Virus record (IMG/VR): IMGVR_UViG_3300023235_001181
Length of the DNA stretch: 64,000 bases
Source: a virus
Reading direction: 5' to 3' (one strand)
The position numbers and the translations under genes are program-made. Below the pieces are notes generated by a model, which saw only the letters and a list, made by a program, of their open reading frames with translations, ran no database searches and had not been told where the DNA came from. Below, piece by piece: positions 37,420 to 46,966 of the stretch (positions within the stretch are counted from its first letter, which is position 1; each line of letters opens with the position of its first letter).

Positions 37420-37739
37420 TCAGGGTCCTCCGAGCGTTTCGGCCACTTGAGCCAGTAGATGACTTGAACAAAGGCAACGACAAGCAGCGGTAGGCTGAAC
37501 ACCATCCGATTCTCTTCCATGATGGTCGCTCGGTCGTTCCCGCGCAAGTCGTCCAGACGCAGCATCACCACCAAATAGAACACCGTCAGAAGGGCTATGG
37601 GCACTGCGAGTCCCGCTACTACCTGCCAGGGCAAAAGCTCTACGACATACACGAAGCCGAAGAGAGACAGGACGAGCATCCCGATGCACCAAACGGTCCG
37701 GCACGCGATGATCAGCGTTTTGGCCAGGAACTCGGTCAT
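37416..37739 (-). CDS. membrane protein (3 TM)
   Basis: 107 aa hydrophobic. Confidence 0.45.
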   Translation of the reverse strand: MTEFLAKTLIIACRTVWCIGMLVLSLFGFVYVVELLPWQVVAGLAVPIALLTVFYLVVMLRLDDLRGNDRATIMEENRMVFSLPLLVVAFVQVIYWLKWPKRSEDPE

Positions 37740-38215
37740 GCCGAGGCTTCTCCGTAGGCAGTGCAGAAGTGCTGGATGAGGCTGGTGATCGCAACCTGCT
37801 GGATGTCGGGGCAGCTACCCCACACGGGACACCACTGGTGACACGGGTGTCCGACCTTGCCGTAGTCGGGGGCGTAGAAGGAGGCGATCTTCACGAGTGC
37901 CTCTGCCACGTCAGCGACGGTGTTCACGTCCGATACCTGACGCCTGAACCTCCGGATGTTGAACTTGCGCCCGACACCCTTCTGCTGGCCGTCAACCACC
38001 CGGATGGAAGTCACCTCGACGCCTTGAAGGTCGGGCTCGTAGTCGGTCACCATTCCGAGCAGCGTGGCGCGTACCACGTCACGGGTCATGGGAGCCGCAA
38101 CCTCAAACTCCTCGGGGAGGTCCAGGTTCTGTTCACGTCCCGCGAGTAGCCGGTCAATCTCCTTGGGGAGCTCACCGTGCCAAAATGCGGGTCCTGTCAT
38201 GCCGTTGATGCGCAT
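37736..38215 (-). CDS. hypothetical protein
   Basis: 159 aa. Confidence 0.45.
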   Translation of the reverse strand: MRINGMTGPAFWHGELPKEIDRLLAGREQNLDLPEEFEVAAPMTRDVVRATLLGMVTDYEPDLQGVEVTSIRVVDGQQKGVGRKFNIRRFRRQVSDVNTVADVAEALVKIASFYAPDYGKVGHPCHQWCPVWGSCPDIQQVAITSLIQHFCTAYGEASA

Positions 38216-38218
38216 AGC

Positions 38219-38728
38219 TCATCCTTCCATCAGTAGTGTCATCCTATCAGGATGAGACGCTTCTTGAGCGCGGTTCGCGGCTACGAGATAGTGAGCGTAG
38301 TCGCCGCCAGCCCTCTCGATGATTCCAACCCAATCGCCGTGATAGATCACAGCCGCCCTTCGGTACGCCTCATCCTTCTTCATGAGCCGGGTGACTGTAC
38401 CGGGAACGGTGCGCCACTCGCAGCTCTCGGGTCCGGTGTCCCACCTACACTCAATCCGAAGGTTGAGCAGGTCCTCGTGACCCATGTGAGCGTAGCGGTT
38501 GCGGATGATCACCCGGACGATGTTGTTCGCCCCCCGGATGTGCCAACGCTTCTCGGTGATGTCAGGATTCTCAGGTAAGTCCAAGGGCATCAACTCTCTC
38601 CTGTTCGGCTTCGTCATCCCAGTGCATGTGCAGAAGGCGGCGGGAAGGGCTTGACTCATCGAGCCCTTTGGCGTCCATCTCCTCCACCATTGCCCAGGTG
38701 AAGCTGCATGTGCCGTGTCCTTCTGCAT
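38219..38728 (-). CDS. hypothetical protein
   Basis: 169 aa. Confidence 0.45.
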   Translation of the reverse strand: MQKDTAHAASPGQWWRRWTPKGSMSQALPAAFCTCTGMTKPNRRELMPLDLPENPDITEKRWHIRGANNIVRVIIRNRYAHMGHEDLLNLRIECRWDTGPESCEWRTVPGTVTRLMKKDEAYRRAAVIYHGDWVGIIERAGGDYAHYLVAANRAQEASHPDRMTLLMEG

Positions 38729-38819
38729 ACACGGTCACACCCTCGGGAATCTCCTCGATGATCTCTGCCATCACGAAGTCGTTGATGGGGTTCCAGAACA
38801 CCCGTACCATTCGTGCCAC

Positions 38820-39050
38820 TCAAACCTCCATCAACAGTTCAAGACGGTCGACGGGGTCAGCCCACCCTATGAACTCCCAGCCGTGCTCATAGTTCCCCAT
38901 GGGCAGGTCACCTACGCACCAGTAGTCACCGTTCGCATCCCTAATCCGAGCACCGAAGTTCTCGGGATAGGTCAACACGACTGTTCCGGTAAGGTCGTGC
39001 CATGGTCCCACGAAGTGAATGATCATGCCCACCTCAGGTCCACGCTCCAT
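38820..39050 (-). CDS. hypothetical protein
   Basis: 76 aa. Confidence 0.35.
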   Translation of the reverse strand: MERGPEVGMIIHFVGPWHDLTGTVVLTYPENFGARIRDANGDYWCVGDLPMGNYEHGWEFIGWADPVDRLELLMEV

Positions 39051-39488
39051 TCAGTCCTCCTCGTCGTCAGCGAACAGCATCTTCAGCCTGAAGGCGTTGC
39101 CGTCCCGACATGCGGTACAGAGGCCTTCACCATCGTCCATGAAGGTCGTGCCGCACTTGCACTCGTTGATCTCGAGTCTTGTGGATCGGGCAGCACGTAG
39201 ACGTGGCTCGAAGGGGTGCTTGTTGTACGGGCCTGGCTTCCACTCAGAGTCTCCGCACTCGTGCTTGTCAGAGTTGAAGATGGTCTCGTTGCAGAGCTCA
39301 CACTCCCTGACGTTGATGCCTACCGCCGTGCGGATCTGATAGAACTTCTGGCACTTGCCGCAGTACCCGTTCTCCACGTCGCCGGGTGACCATGAAGTCA
39401 TCTTGCAGACGCCACAAAGGATAGCCTGCCCATCCTCAACGATTGTCATCCAATCGTCGTAGGGCTGCCGTCCCAGAGATTGCACCAT
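39051..39488 (-). CDS. Cys-rich zinc-finger-like protein
   Basis: likely start MVQSLG; CGVC..CGKC, CELC, C..C, CKCG..CTAC pairs; ORF track N-term (to 39752) is A/S/T/R-rich junk overlapping 39529-39822. Confidence 0.4.
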   Translation of the reverse strand: MVQSLGRQPYDDWMTIVEDGQAILCGVCKMTSWSPGDVENGYCGKCQKFYQIRTAVGINVRECELCNETIFNSDKHECGDSEWKPGPYNKHPFEPRLRAARSTRLEINECKCGTTFMDDGEGLCTACRDGNAFRLKMLFADDEED

Positions 39489-39528
39489 GAAGGGTCTTCG
39501 CCTTCGGTGTGGTGGGTCGTTGGGCATC

Positions 39529-39822
39529 TCAGAACTCGTTCCCGAATCGGCTCCGTCGGTTGCGTTGAGCCTCTTCGTGGTCACGGGCGCGCTCTGCCTT
39601 CTCTTCAGCGGCTTCGGCTGCAGCCGCTTCGACGGCCTCAAGGCCGGGCCAGTTGAGGATCTGCCCGGTAGCAGCGTTGATCTCCAGCTCGAGGTAGTCA
39701 CCGCCACCGATGCCAATGCCAGAGGGCACGTAGCCGTCATGGTCACTGCCATCGGGCCAGGTGATGCCGCACATGTCGCTCACCTTGCCGTTCACATGAA
39801 TGGTCTTGATCTCGTCGCTCAT
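39529..39822 (-). CDS. hypothetical protein
   Basis: 97 aa; start overlaps stop of upstream gene. Confidence 0.4.
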   Translation of the reverse strand: MSDEIKTIHVNGKVSDMCGITWPDGSDHDGYVPSGIGIGGGDYLELEINAATGQILNWPGLEAVEAAAAEAAEEKAERARDHEEAQRNRRSRFGNEF

Positions 39823-40550
39823 CCTCTCACCTCAGCGGGCAGTCCTGCGGGGATGCCCAGAAGGTCGCAGAGCTCACTCTCGGAGCTCACGACGTTGACG
39901 CCCCATGCTGGAAACACGTTGCGAAGGAAGTTGTTGTGGTGGATGCGCTTGAAGTCACCCACCAGGAAGCTGGGCACCACAACCTGATAGCCCATGGCGG
40001 TCGCCCGCTGCACGATGGAGCTCACCACGATGTGCGTCACGAAGCCGCCCACAACCACGCACACCTGGAGCGGGTGAAGGCCTTCATGCAAGCCCTCGAG
40101 CTGCTCCTTCAGGTCGGTCTCGAAGAAGCTGTCGAAGGTGGTCTTGGCGATTCGGTAGTCGATGTAGGGCGCAACGGCGTCCACCACTTCGGCCTCGAAG
40201 GAGTTCTCGTCAGCGTGCTCGCCGTACACGGCAAGCTCCTTCATCTGGAGCGGGTCGTTCCAGTTGTGGCTGTCGATGGTGGCGAGCTGGGGAATGTCCG
40301 CACGCTTCAACGTCTGCGCCCACACCCCGAGGTGGTCACCCATCAGAGCGAGGTTGCGCTCACCGATGTGGAGCGCCGGGTAGCCGTCACCGCGCATCTT
40401 GCTCTTCTCAGAGTCAGGGATCTCAGCAGCGGTGCAAGCGAACGCCTTGGTGGCATCTGCCCAAACCATGATGGTCATCTGCGGGCTCACCGGCCCACCC
40501 ATGGAGGGGATGTTGAGGTCGGGGAAGTACTCAGCGTTGGGCGTGGGCAT
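39819..40550 (-). CDS. isochorismatase/cysteine-hydrolase-family protein (nicotinamidase-like, tentative)
   Basis: 243 aa; VCVVVGGFVTHIVVSSIVQRATAMGYQVVV resembles isochorismatase core (GxxTHxCV). Confidence 0.4.
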   Translation of the reverse strand: MPTPNAEYFPDLNIPSMGGPVSPQMTIMVWADATKAFACTAAEIPDSEKSKMRGDGYPALHIGERNLALMGDHLGVWAQTLKRADIPQLATIDSHNWNDPLQMKELAVYGEHADENSFEAEVVDAVAPYIDYRIAKTTFDSFFETDLKEQLEGLHEGLHPLQVCVVVGGFVTHIVVSSIVQRATAMGYQVVVPSFLVGDFKRIHHNNFLRNVFPAWGVNVVSSESELCDLLGIPAGLPAEVRG

Positions 40551-40558
40551 TGTTGCTC

Positions 40559-40816
40559 CTACAGCAGTTCGGTGAGGAACCGTGGATCTTCGTTGTCGGT
40601 TTTGGGTGAAGGGAACTCCACCTCTACATCCAGGGACACCTGGATGATGGAGATTCGGGAGGGGTCAACCTCTTCGAAAGCTTCAGAATCGAAGTGACGC
40701 CCGTTCTGCTCCTCGAGGTAGTGCTCCAAAGGAGTGCGAGTGCCATGCACCACACGCCCCTTCACACGGATGAGGTCTCGGGTCTTCAGGTCGATGAGTG
40801 CGTAGCCGTCAGTCAT
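40559..40816 (-). CDS. hypothetical protein
   Basis: 85 aa. Confidence 0.4.
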   Translation of the reverse strand: MTDGYALIDLKTRDLIRVKGRVVHGTRTPLEHYLEEQNGRHFDSEAFEEVDPSRISIIQVSLDVEVEFPSPKTDNEDPRFLTELL

Positions 40817-41100
40817 TCGAATTCCACCTCGTTGTCGGCATTCTCAGCCCACAACTCTGCAATCTCAGCACGGTCTTCAGCAGACAGGCCGAGGGTTTCC
40901 CACAAAGACTCCGGTACAGAGTCCAGCTCTTCGCCCTCACCGCTGTCGTAGATGTTGTCAAGCAACGACCACTCCGAAACTTGTAGGTGATTGGGGTCTT
41001 CATCAACACACCACCCCTGACGGAGGTAAGCCCTTCCGGCATCTGATAGTGCATCCAGCCCGAATACGAGCTTCTTGCTACGTGACATGCTTCCCTCAGT
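40813..41100 (-). CDS. hypothetical acidic protein
   Basis: ORF to 41196, upstream part overlaps VWA gene so start probably internal. Confidence 0.35.
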   Translation of the reverse strand, partial: TEGSMSRSKKLVFGLDALSDAGRAYLRQGWCVDEDPNHLQVSEWSLLDNIYDSGEGEELDSVPESLWETLGLSAEDRAEIAELWAENADNEVEFE

Positions 41101-41842
41101 CGTGGCAGGTTGCTCCGAGATCAACGAGGATCTCTTCCATCTCAGCATCCGCGCCGCCCTCGCGGAGCTCATCAGCGTACTCGTCCAGTCCGCCACCGGC
41201 AGCCTTGGCTACGGCGATCATCGTGGTCGCGAGGTTGTTGATGTTGCGGATGTCGATCATCACGCCACCGGAGTCGGTAGCCATCGTGGTCCACGTCGCC
41301 CGAGCCGCTGGGTCAGGACCACACAGCGCCATGTAGAAGGTCGCATCGTCCTTGACGGCGGCGAGCTCTGTCTGCCAGTTGAGGCCGTGGGGGTTGTTCC
41401 CGTAGGGTCCATTGCTCAGCGCGTGCGGAGGTGCGTCGCCTACCCACATGACGATCAGCTCGTCGCCCGCAGCCTTGGCGTGGGGCACATGGTAGGAGCG
41501 GAGGTAGCGGAGCACGTACTCCACGCACTCAGGGTGGTCACCGCCGCTGGTCGAGCGGTTGGCGGCGAGCCAGCGCTCGATGGAGCTCGAGTCGTAGAAG
41601 AAGCTCAGGTCTGCGGTCTCTGCCTCGCCCGGTACCTGTCCCGTGTAGGAGAAGGATGGGTTGGTGGAGTCCTGGATCATGTTGGTCCGGTCGCAGTAGT
41701 CACCGTAGGCCAGGAAGCCTACCTCTGCATCTTCATCCTCGTCGAGGACACGGCCAGCGATCAGTGCGACGTTGTTGCGCACCTCTCGGATCCAGGAGTT
41801 CATGGAACCCGTGGTGTCGAACACAAACAGAAAGCGTCTCAT
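41096..41842 (-). CDS. von Willebrand factor A (VWA) domain protein
   Basis: 248 aa; MIDAS motif VFDTTGSM (DxSxS-type) at N-terminus. Confidence 0.6.
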   Translation of the reverse strand: MRRFLFVFDTTGSMNSWIREVRNNVALIAGRVLDEDEDAEVGFLAYGDYCDRTNMIQDSTNPSFSYTGQVPGEAETADLSFFYDSSSIERWLAANRSTSGGDHPECVEYVLRYLRSYHVPHAKAAGDELIVMWVGDAPPHALSNGPYGNNPHGLNWQTELAAVKDDATFYMALCGPDPAARATWTTMATDSGGVMIDIRNINNLATTMIAVAKAAGGGLDEYADELREGGADAEMEEILVDLGATCHD

Positions 41843-42165
41843 GAAACTACCTCGTCGCGGGTCGCCAGCACATGGGTAGCCGCCTTGATCTTGAACAGGG
41901 AGATGTCACGCAGCTCATCGGGGAGCTGCTCGGCCTTGGTGCAGAAGTAAGCCGACACGGTGTCAAGGTCCTTGCCCGTGATCGCGCGGCTGTTCTCCAG
42001 CAGTGTGAGCTCGTCGCGGAGTGCGTCCACCACAATCTCACCAAAGGTCTTCTGAGGGTCGCCAATGGAAGGCTTCCCTTCCAGGCTACCGGTCACTTGT
42101 CCGAAGATCAGGCTGTGATAGCAGTTGGCGGGCGTCATTTCCCGCACGGTCTTGTAGTCGAGCAC
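41839..42165 (-). CDS. hypothetical protein
   Basis: 108 aa. Confidence 0.4.
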   Translation of the reverse strand: MLDYKTVREMTPANCYHSLIFGQVTGSLEGKPSIGDPQKTFGEIVVDALRDELTLLENSRAITGKDLDTVSAYFCTKAEQLPDELRDISLFKIKAATHVLATRDEVVS

Positions 42166-42205
42166 ATGGCCTCCATTTGGTCACAGGACGTGCCTGACTT
42201 GCGTT

Positions 42206-42892
42206 TCAGGCCTCGAATTCTGCGTTGTGATCGTACTCGGGGCTACCCGGAGGGTGGCTGGCCTCGATGATCTGCTGCAAAGCGTTCGGCTCGATCTCAT
42301 AGACGGGGTCGTGGATGATCACGGTCACCACACGCCGTCCACCGAACCAGCGCGCCTTCTTCTGAGTGGGCTCACCGTCCTTGCGGCTCCAATGCGAGCC
42401 CCACAACCCTGAGATCGTCACCGGGAGCACTGGGGCCACGTATCCGCCGTCGTGCATGGTGGGTCTCATGTAGTTGTAGCCCTGTCGCATCTGCTGGATG
42501 CCCGTAGCCTCCTCTCGGAGCCCGCCTTCGGGGAACACCACGATGCACTCACCGTCCATCAGGCGCTCTTGGGCAGTCTGGATGGTCTGGTTGCAGAGGA
42601 ACCGGTCCACGCTTCGGGGCACAGCGGGTAGACAGCCAGCCAAGGAGAACAGCCACTTGGCTCGGTCGTAGTGGACGTGCCACAAGAGCGAGGTGACGGG
42701 TACCTTGAAAGCTGCCATCACGAACAAGAAGTCCGCGTAGGTGACGTGGTTCGGCGCAATGACGAACGGACGCCCCTTGGGAACCTTGTCCCGCCCCTTG
42801 ACGTCCACCTTGTAGAAGGGGATCATGAGCAGTCGAAGTACGGGCCACACCATCCAGAAGAAGGCGAGACGTGCAAAGCGGCGTCGGTCCAT
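42206..42892 (-). CDS. lysophospholipid (1-acyl-glycerol-3-phosphate) acyltransferase, PlsC-like
   Basis: 228 aa; N-terminal TM, HX4D motif APNHVTYADF, FPEGG motif. Confidence 0.65.
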   Translation of the reverse strand: MDRRRFARLAFFWMVWPVLRLLMIPFYKVDVKGRDKVPKGRPFVIAPNHVTYADFLFVMAAFKVPVTSLLWHVHYDRAKWLFSLAGCLPAVPRSVDRFLCNQTIQTAQERLMDGECIVVFPEGGLREEATGIQQMRQGYNYMRPTMHDGGYVAPVLPVTISGLWGSHWSRKDGEPTQKKARWFGGRRVVTVIIHDPVYEIEPNALQQIIEASHPPGSPEYDHNAEFEA

Positions 42893-43079
42893 GATCTCTC
42901 AGTCTCCTTGAACAATCAACAGCAGAGCAGCAAGCGAAGAGAAGGGGATGTGGCCCTCCTCACAGTCCTTGACTGAGTTCCGTATGAGGAGGGCAACGCC
43001 ACCCCCATGAACCACAGCCCGCTTCTCAAGGAGCGACAAGATGGCCTCGTTGGATACCACCACAAGTTCGGTGCCGGTC

Positions 43080-44051
43080 TCAATCACCGAAGAAGTCCTT
43101 CGCCCACTCGAACTGGAAGCCCGCCCGTGCCGCAAAGGTCTGGTCGCTCTTCATGTCGCCCACGTAGATGCAGGCGTCCGGGTTGAGCTTGTACTTCTCG
43201 ATGAACACGACGCCCATGCCTGCCATCGGCTTGCGCCAGTAGGAGCTCGGGGGTCCACCACGGTCAGGGGCGAACAGGTACTCGATGTCATGTCCGAGCT
43301 GCCGGTTGGTCTCATCGAAGCAGTCGCGGCAGGTGACGTCGCTGACGTACTTGGGGCTGTCCGAGGCTTGGCTCACACCGCTCTGGTTGCTGATGCCCAG
43401 GATCCGGTAGCCCTTGTCGATGTACTCCTGGATGATGGCGGTACGTCCCTCCAGAGCGCGCACGTCCCCGATCTCCTTGGGGTAGTGGTCACCACTGTTG
43501 GTCAGGCGCAACGTGCCGTCGTAGTCGAGCAGCAGAGCCTTCCCCGTGTACTCGGAGCCGAAGTCGGTCACCACGTCCACTTCTTCGATGCTGTCGAAGC
43601 CCTCGGCCATGGTCGGGTCTTCGAACTGCTTCCAGTACGCAAACTGAGCCATGGGCGGGAACATGTTCGGGTTCTTGCGGTGCTTCTTGTACTCGGCCTT
43701 GCCGAAGAGCACACCGAACTTCTGGATCTGACGCCGGGCCGCAAAGAGCTGAGCCTGCTCACGGGTGGTCTGTAGCCACAGCACGCGGACAGGTAGGTTG
43801 AGCTGCCTTGCGTTCACCATCAGGCCCCGGCGTGCGGCGACGTTCCGGTAGGTGTTGTCAAGCACGAAGCGGCGCTTCCCGCGCTTGTACTGCTCCTGCA
43901 TCACCTTGTAGATCTTGCTGTCGGGACTGTTCAGCTTCCCGCCGATCTCGTCACGGTTGATGCGGGTGTAGCCCTGCTTCACGAGGGATTGGACGTGCGT
44001 GGTCTTCCCGCCGCCCGGAGGTCCCATGACAATGACGATTTCGTGTTCCAT
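43080..44051 (-). CDS. pnk: polynucleotide 5'-kinase/3'-phosphatase (T4 Pnk-like)
   Basis: 323 aa; P-loop GPPGGGKTT kinase N-domain; HAD phosphatase C-domain with LLDYDGTL (DxDGT) and GDMKSD motifs. Confidence 0.75.
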   Translation of the reverse strand: MEHEIVIVMGPPGGGKTTHVQSLVKQGYTRINRDEIGGKLNSPDSKIYKVMQEQYKRGKRRFVLDNTYRNVAARRGLMVNARQLNLPVRVLWLQTTREQAQLFAARRQIQKFGVLFGKAEYKKHRKNPNMFPPMAQFAYWKQFEDPTMAEGFDSIEEVDVVTDFGSEYTGKALLLDYDGTLRLTNSGDHYPKEIGDVRALEGRTAIIQEYIDKGYRILGISNQSGVSQASDSPKYVSDVTCRDCFDETNRQLGHDIEYLFAPDRGGPPSSYWRKPMAGMGVVFIEKYKLNPDACIYVGDMKSDQTFAARAGFQFEWAKDFFGD

Positions 44052-44309
44052 TCAATCCTCGAGTAGTAGCGCGAGCCTGTCCACTTCTTGTACAGGTGGT
44101 TCAACAACCTCAGGAGCCAGTTCGCGCGGTTCGTAATAGCCCGTCGTCCCGTCGTCATGACGGACGGTGAACACCGCGCCGTGCCCGTTCTTCAATCGGG
44201 TGATAATTCCGTACACGCCCCACTTCCTCGAGAGGAGTGCTTCGGGCATCCAGTCATTCGATATGGACTCAGGGCGCACGGTGAGCACGCGGTCGTTCAC
44301 GGCAATCAT
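44052..44309 (-). CDS. hypothetical protein
   Basis: 85 aa. Confidence 0.4.
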   Translation of the reverse strand: MIAVNDRVLTVRPESISNDWMPEALLSRKWGVYGIITRLKNGHGAVFTVRHDDGTTGYYEPRELAPEVVEPPVQEVDRLALLLED

Positions 44310-44720
44310 ACTCCAATCTCCAGGTATGGGTTCTGAGGATCATTCGTGTTGGTGATGGCGATGATGCCGTCCAAATCTCTGAAAATGGTAGCCATCACTT
44401 CGTCGTAGGTGTTCCGGTTGATGATCTGGTCCCTGTGCTTGAGGCACTGACCCTCCGCGAGGAGGATGTCAGGGGTGTACCGCTCCATGGTGGAGGGCCT
44501 CCTGTCCAAGACGAGGAGCAGCCTCTTGTCCTCGTTGTTCGCCAGTTCGCGCCACCGAAGCAGGTACGCTGACCGGACCTGGTACATGGACAGCAACGAG
44601 GTCATTTCGACGTTGAGGTCTGCCCTTGCAGCCTCGGTAGCTGCAAGGGTTTGCATGGCTCCTTCTGACACCCCCTCTTCCGGAGGGGGGTCAATCTCAA
44701 GTAGGAGGTGAAGCCTATCG
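44306..44720 (-). CDS. hypothetical protein
   Basis: ORF to 44821 overlaps Prs gene; true start likely internal. Confidence 0.4.
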
Positions 44721-45701
44721 AGAGCCACCCCAGCCTCGCGGGAGGTGGTGAAGCACGGAGTCCACCAACACCGGAGCGCATCGCATGATGCGGAAGATGC
44801 CGGAGGTGCCTGGCTTGTCAAGGGTGTTCACCATCTTCACGGCGCGCGGGTGGCTGTCAAAGGAGTACACCGCGTCGAGTACGCCGTCGAACATGGCGTG
44901 CGTGTCGGCGGGGCTCTTGGTGTAGACGCCGTGGCTCAGGATCGCGCTGACGCCAATGGCACCCGCGTCCATGTAGCTCTTCGCTCCACCCACGAGGCTG
45001 CTACCGCTCCGGGTCATGTCGTCCACGAGGATCACGTACTTGCCCTTGACGTCGGCGCTGACGTTGGTCACCTCGGTGGTCCCGCCGTCGATGCGTCGCT
45101 TGCCGATGAAGGCAGGGAGCCAGCCACCCATCTCGGAGGCGATGTACTCCACACGCTTCGCACCACCGGCATCAGCGGAGCCAATCACGGCATCAGCGAC
45201 GCCCTGCTCAGCCACGATCTCGCGGATCGCGTCGAGGATGATCGGCTGTCCACGAGAGTGGATCTGGTGGGCTCGGTCTCCGAAGTAGTGGGGGATGCCC
45301 TCTGCATGGAGATCGAGGAACACGATCCGGTTGCCGTTGTAGGCCTCGGGGATGGCGCTGAGCAGCCGGGCGCGCGTCTTGGCAGTCACCACCTCACGCG
45401 TCTTGGGCTTGGCGCGCTCCATGGTGCTGTACCCGAAGTAGGGGATCACGATGGTCAGAGAGCGAGCTCCGTAGGCCACAATCGCGCAGCAAGCGTCGAA
45501 CATCTCCATCGTGTCGTTGTCGTTGATGGTGCCGCCGAGGTACACCACGTCACGGTCACGCACTGAGGTTTCGATGCGCTGGTACCGCTCCCCGTCAGGG
45601 AAGGTCTTGATCAGCACCTCGCCCCGGTCGAAGCAGGGGTCTACGTCAACAAACGTAGGGGCGAGGTACTCGTAGCTTCGGGTAGCAAAGAGAAGAGGCA
45701 C
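44715..45701 (-). CDS. ribose-phosphate pyrophosphokinase (PRPP synthetase) family protein; could be an ADPR-PP-synthetase-type Prs homolog
   Basis: 328 aa; N-domain GEVLIKTFPDGE...RDVVYLGG, DLHAEGI, PRPP loop VILVDDMTRSGSS. Confidence 0.75.
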   Translation of the reverse strand: MPLLFATRSYEYLAPTFVDVDPCFDRGEVLIKTFPDGERYQRIETSVRDRDVVYLGGTINDNDTMEMFDACCAIVAYGARSLTIVIPYFGYSTMERAKPKTREVVTAKTRARLLSAIPEAYNGNRIVFLDLHAEGIPHYFGDRAHQIHSRGQPIILDAIREIVAEQGVADAVIGSADAGGAKRVEYIASEMGGWLPAFIGKRRIDGGTTEVTNVSADVKGKYVILVDDMTRSGSSLVGGAKSYMDAGAIGVSAILSHGVYTKSPADTHAMFDGVLDAVYSFDSHPRAVKMVNTLDKPGTSGIFRIMRCAPVLVDSVLHHLPRGWGGSR

Positions 45702-45714
45702 GTTGGTTCTCCTT

Positions 45715-46902
45715 TTAGAGGACGCTCTCTACGATACGAACGTAGAGGTCATCCAGCTTGTCCATGTCGGGGCTGTAAGGTAGCACGGGAGTGAGCTCGG
45801 GAAGGGGCTCGAGGCCCTTCTTCACCCGCGCAGTCACACGCTGCTTCTCGGTACCGTAGTACGATGTGTAGATGTCACCGAGAGCGGCGTTCTCGCGATC
45901 AGCCCAGTCCACCAACTCGTCGTAGGTCCAGGCACCCTTGCGGATAGCGAGGAGCTCTTCACGGTCGATCCCGCCGCGCCACACATGCACCTTGCCCGTC
46001 GTCAAGATCTCCCGTCCCATGCGGAGCAGGCGAACGAGGTGGGCACCGTGCTTGGTGTCGTAGCCGGAGGCAGCTTCCAGCGCAGCCCGCTTGGGGTTCC
46101 GCTGACGCTTCCAGGTCTCGAAGCTCTTCCAGTTCTTTTGGGCGTCCTTGTACCGCTTCTCACCCTTGAGGGCCTCGAGCAGTCCTTCGTCGATCCCGAT
46201 GGAGCGTGCGGCAGCAATCCACAGTTCATCGTCGGTGGTCACGCCGATGGTGGCGAGGGTCTCAGCGATGTTGTCCTTGGCGCGGATCTTCTCGCTGTCG
46301 GCCATTTCGCCGAAGTCCCACTTCCACTCGTCAAGCTGCTTGTCGATGGCGGCGAGGAGCACGTTGCGCTGATGCTGCGTCACCACTTCCTCACCGAGGC
46401 CAAACTCCTCGCGGGTCGGCTTGTGGGTCGGAGGGTTGAGCAACCAGGCCCGGTGTCCCTTGATGCGCTTGAGCTGCTGGAAGGCGTAGCCGGTGAAGCG
46501 GTGCTTGGCGGCTCCACTCAGGAAGAGGTCCCGGTGTTCGCGGAGCAACTGCCCGGCCCAGTTGTGCATGAGCAGCTCTTCGTCGCGGCAGAAGAGCACG
46601 TCGAGCATTCCGGGGTTGCAGTCGGCGGTCAGCTTCATGAACTTGCCGAGGCCGTACACGACGCCCTCGAGCTTCTCGCGTTCGGCGGCGTCCATCTGCT
46701 CGGCGTCGAGGTACTTGCGGAAGGGTTCCATCTGCCCAGGCTTGTCGCACTGGTCGAAACGCTTGCGGAAGGTCAAGTGGTACGGACGTGGAGGTAGGCA
46801 GACGCCCTTGAGGTCTACGTCCGAAGTGTCGGTGTGGAGCCCGTAAGCTCGGGAACCAGCCACTCCAACGAGGATCGCAGAGTCATGTAGGTCGAAATCC
46901 AT
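45715..46902 (-). CDS. nucleotidyltransferase (Pol-beta superfamily) with C-terminal extension
   Basis: 395 aa; GSRAYGLHTDTSDVDLKGV; second copy of the family in the window. Confidence 0.6.
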   Translation of the reverse strand: MDFDLHDSAILVGVAGSRAYGLHTDTSDVDLKGVCLPPRPYHLTFRKRFDQCDKPGQMEPFRKYLDAEQMDAAEREKLEGVVYGLGKFMKLTADCNPGMLDVLFCRDEELLMHNWAGQLLREHRDLFLSGAAKHRFTGYAFQQLKRIKGHRAWLLNPPTHKPTREEFGLGEEVVTQHQRNVLLAAIDKQLDEWKWDFGEMADSEKIRAKDNIAETLATIGVTTDDELWIAAARSIGIDEGLLEALKGEKRYKDAQKNWKSFETWKRQRNPKRAALEAASGYDTKHGAHLVRLLRMGREILTTGKVHVWRGGIDREELLAIRKGAWTYDELVDWADRENAALGDIYTSYYGTEKQRVTARVKKGLEPLPELTPVLPYSPDMDKLDDLYVRIVESVL

Positions 46903-46926
46903 TGTGGCCTCCTTGCACAGCTATAC

Positions 46927-46956
46927 AACGCCACGAAGGCCCTGAAAGTCAGATAC
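46927..46956 (-). promoter_or_regulatory. bipartite promoter-like motif variant (TATCTGACT-N16-CGTTG)
   Basis: minus-sense gtATCTGACTttcagggccttcgtggCGTTGtatagctgtgcaAGGAGGccacaATG. Confidence 0.4.
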
Positions 46957-46966
46957 GTTCTTCTAT

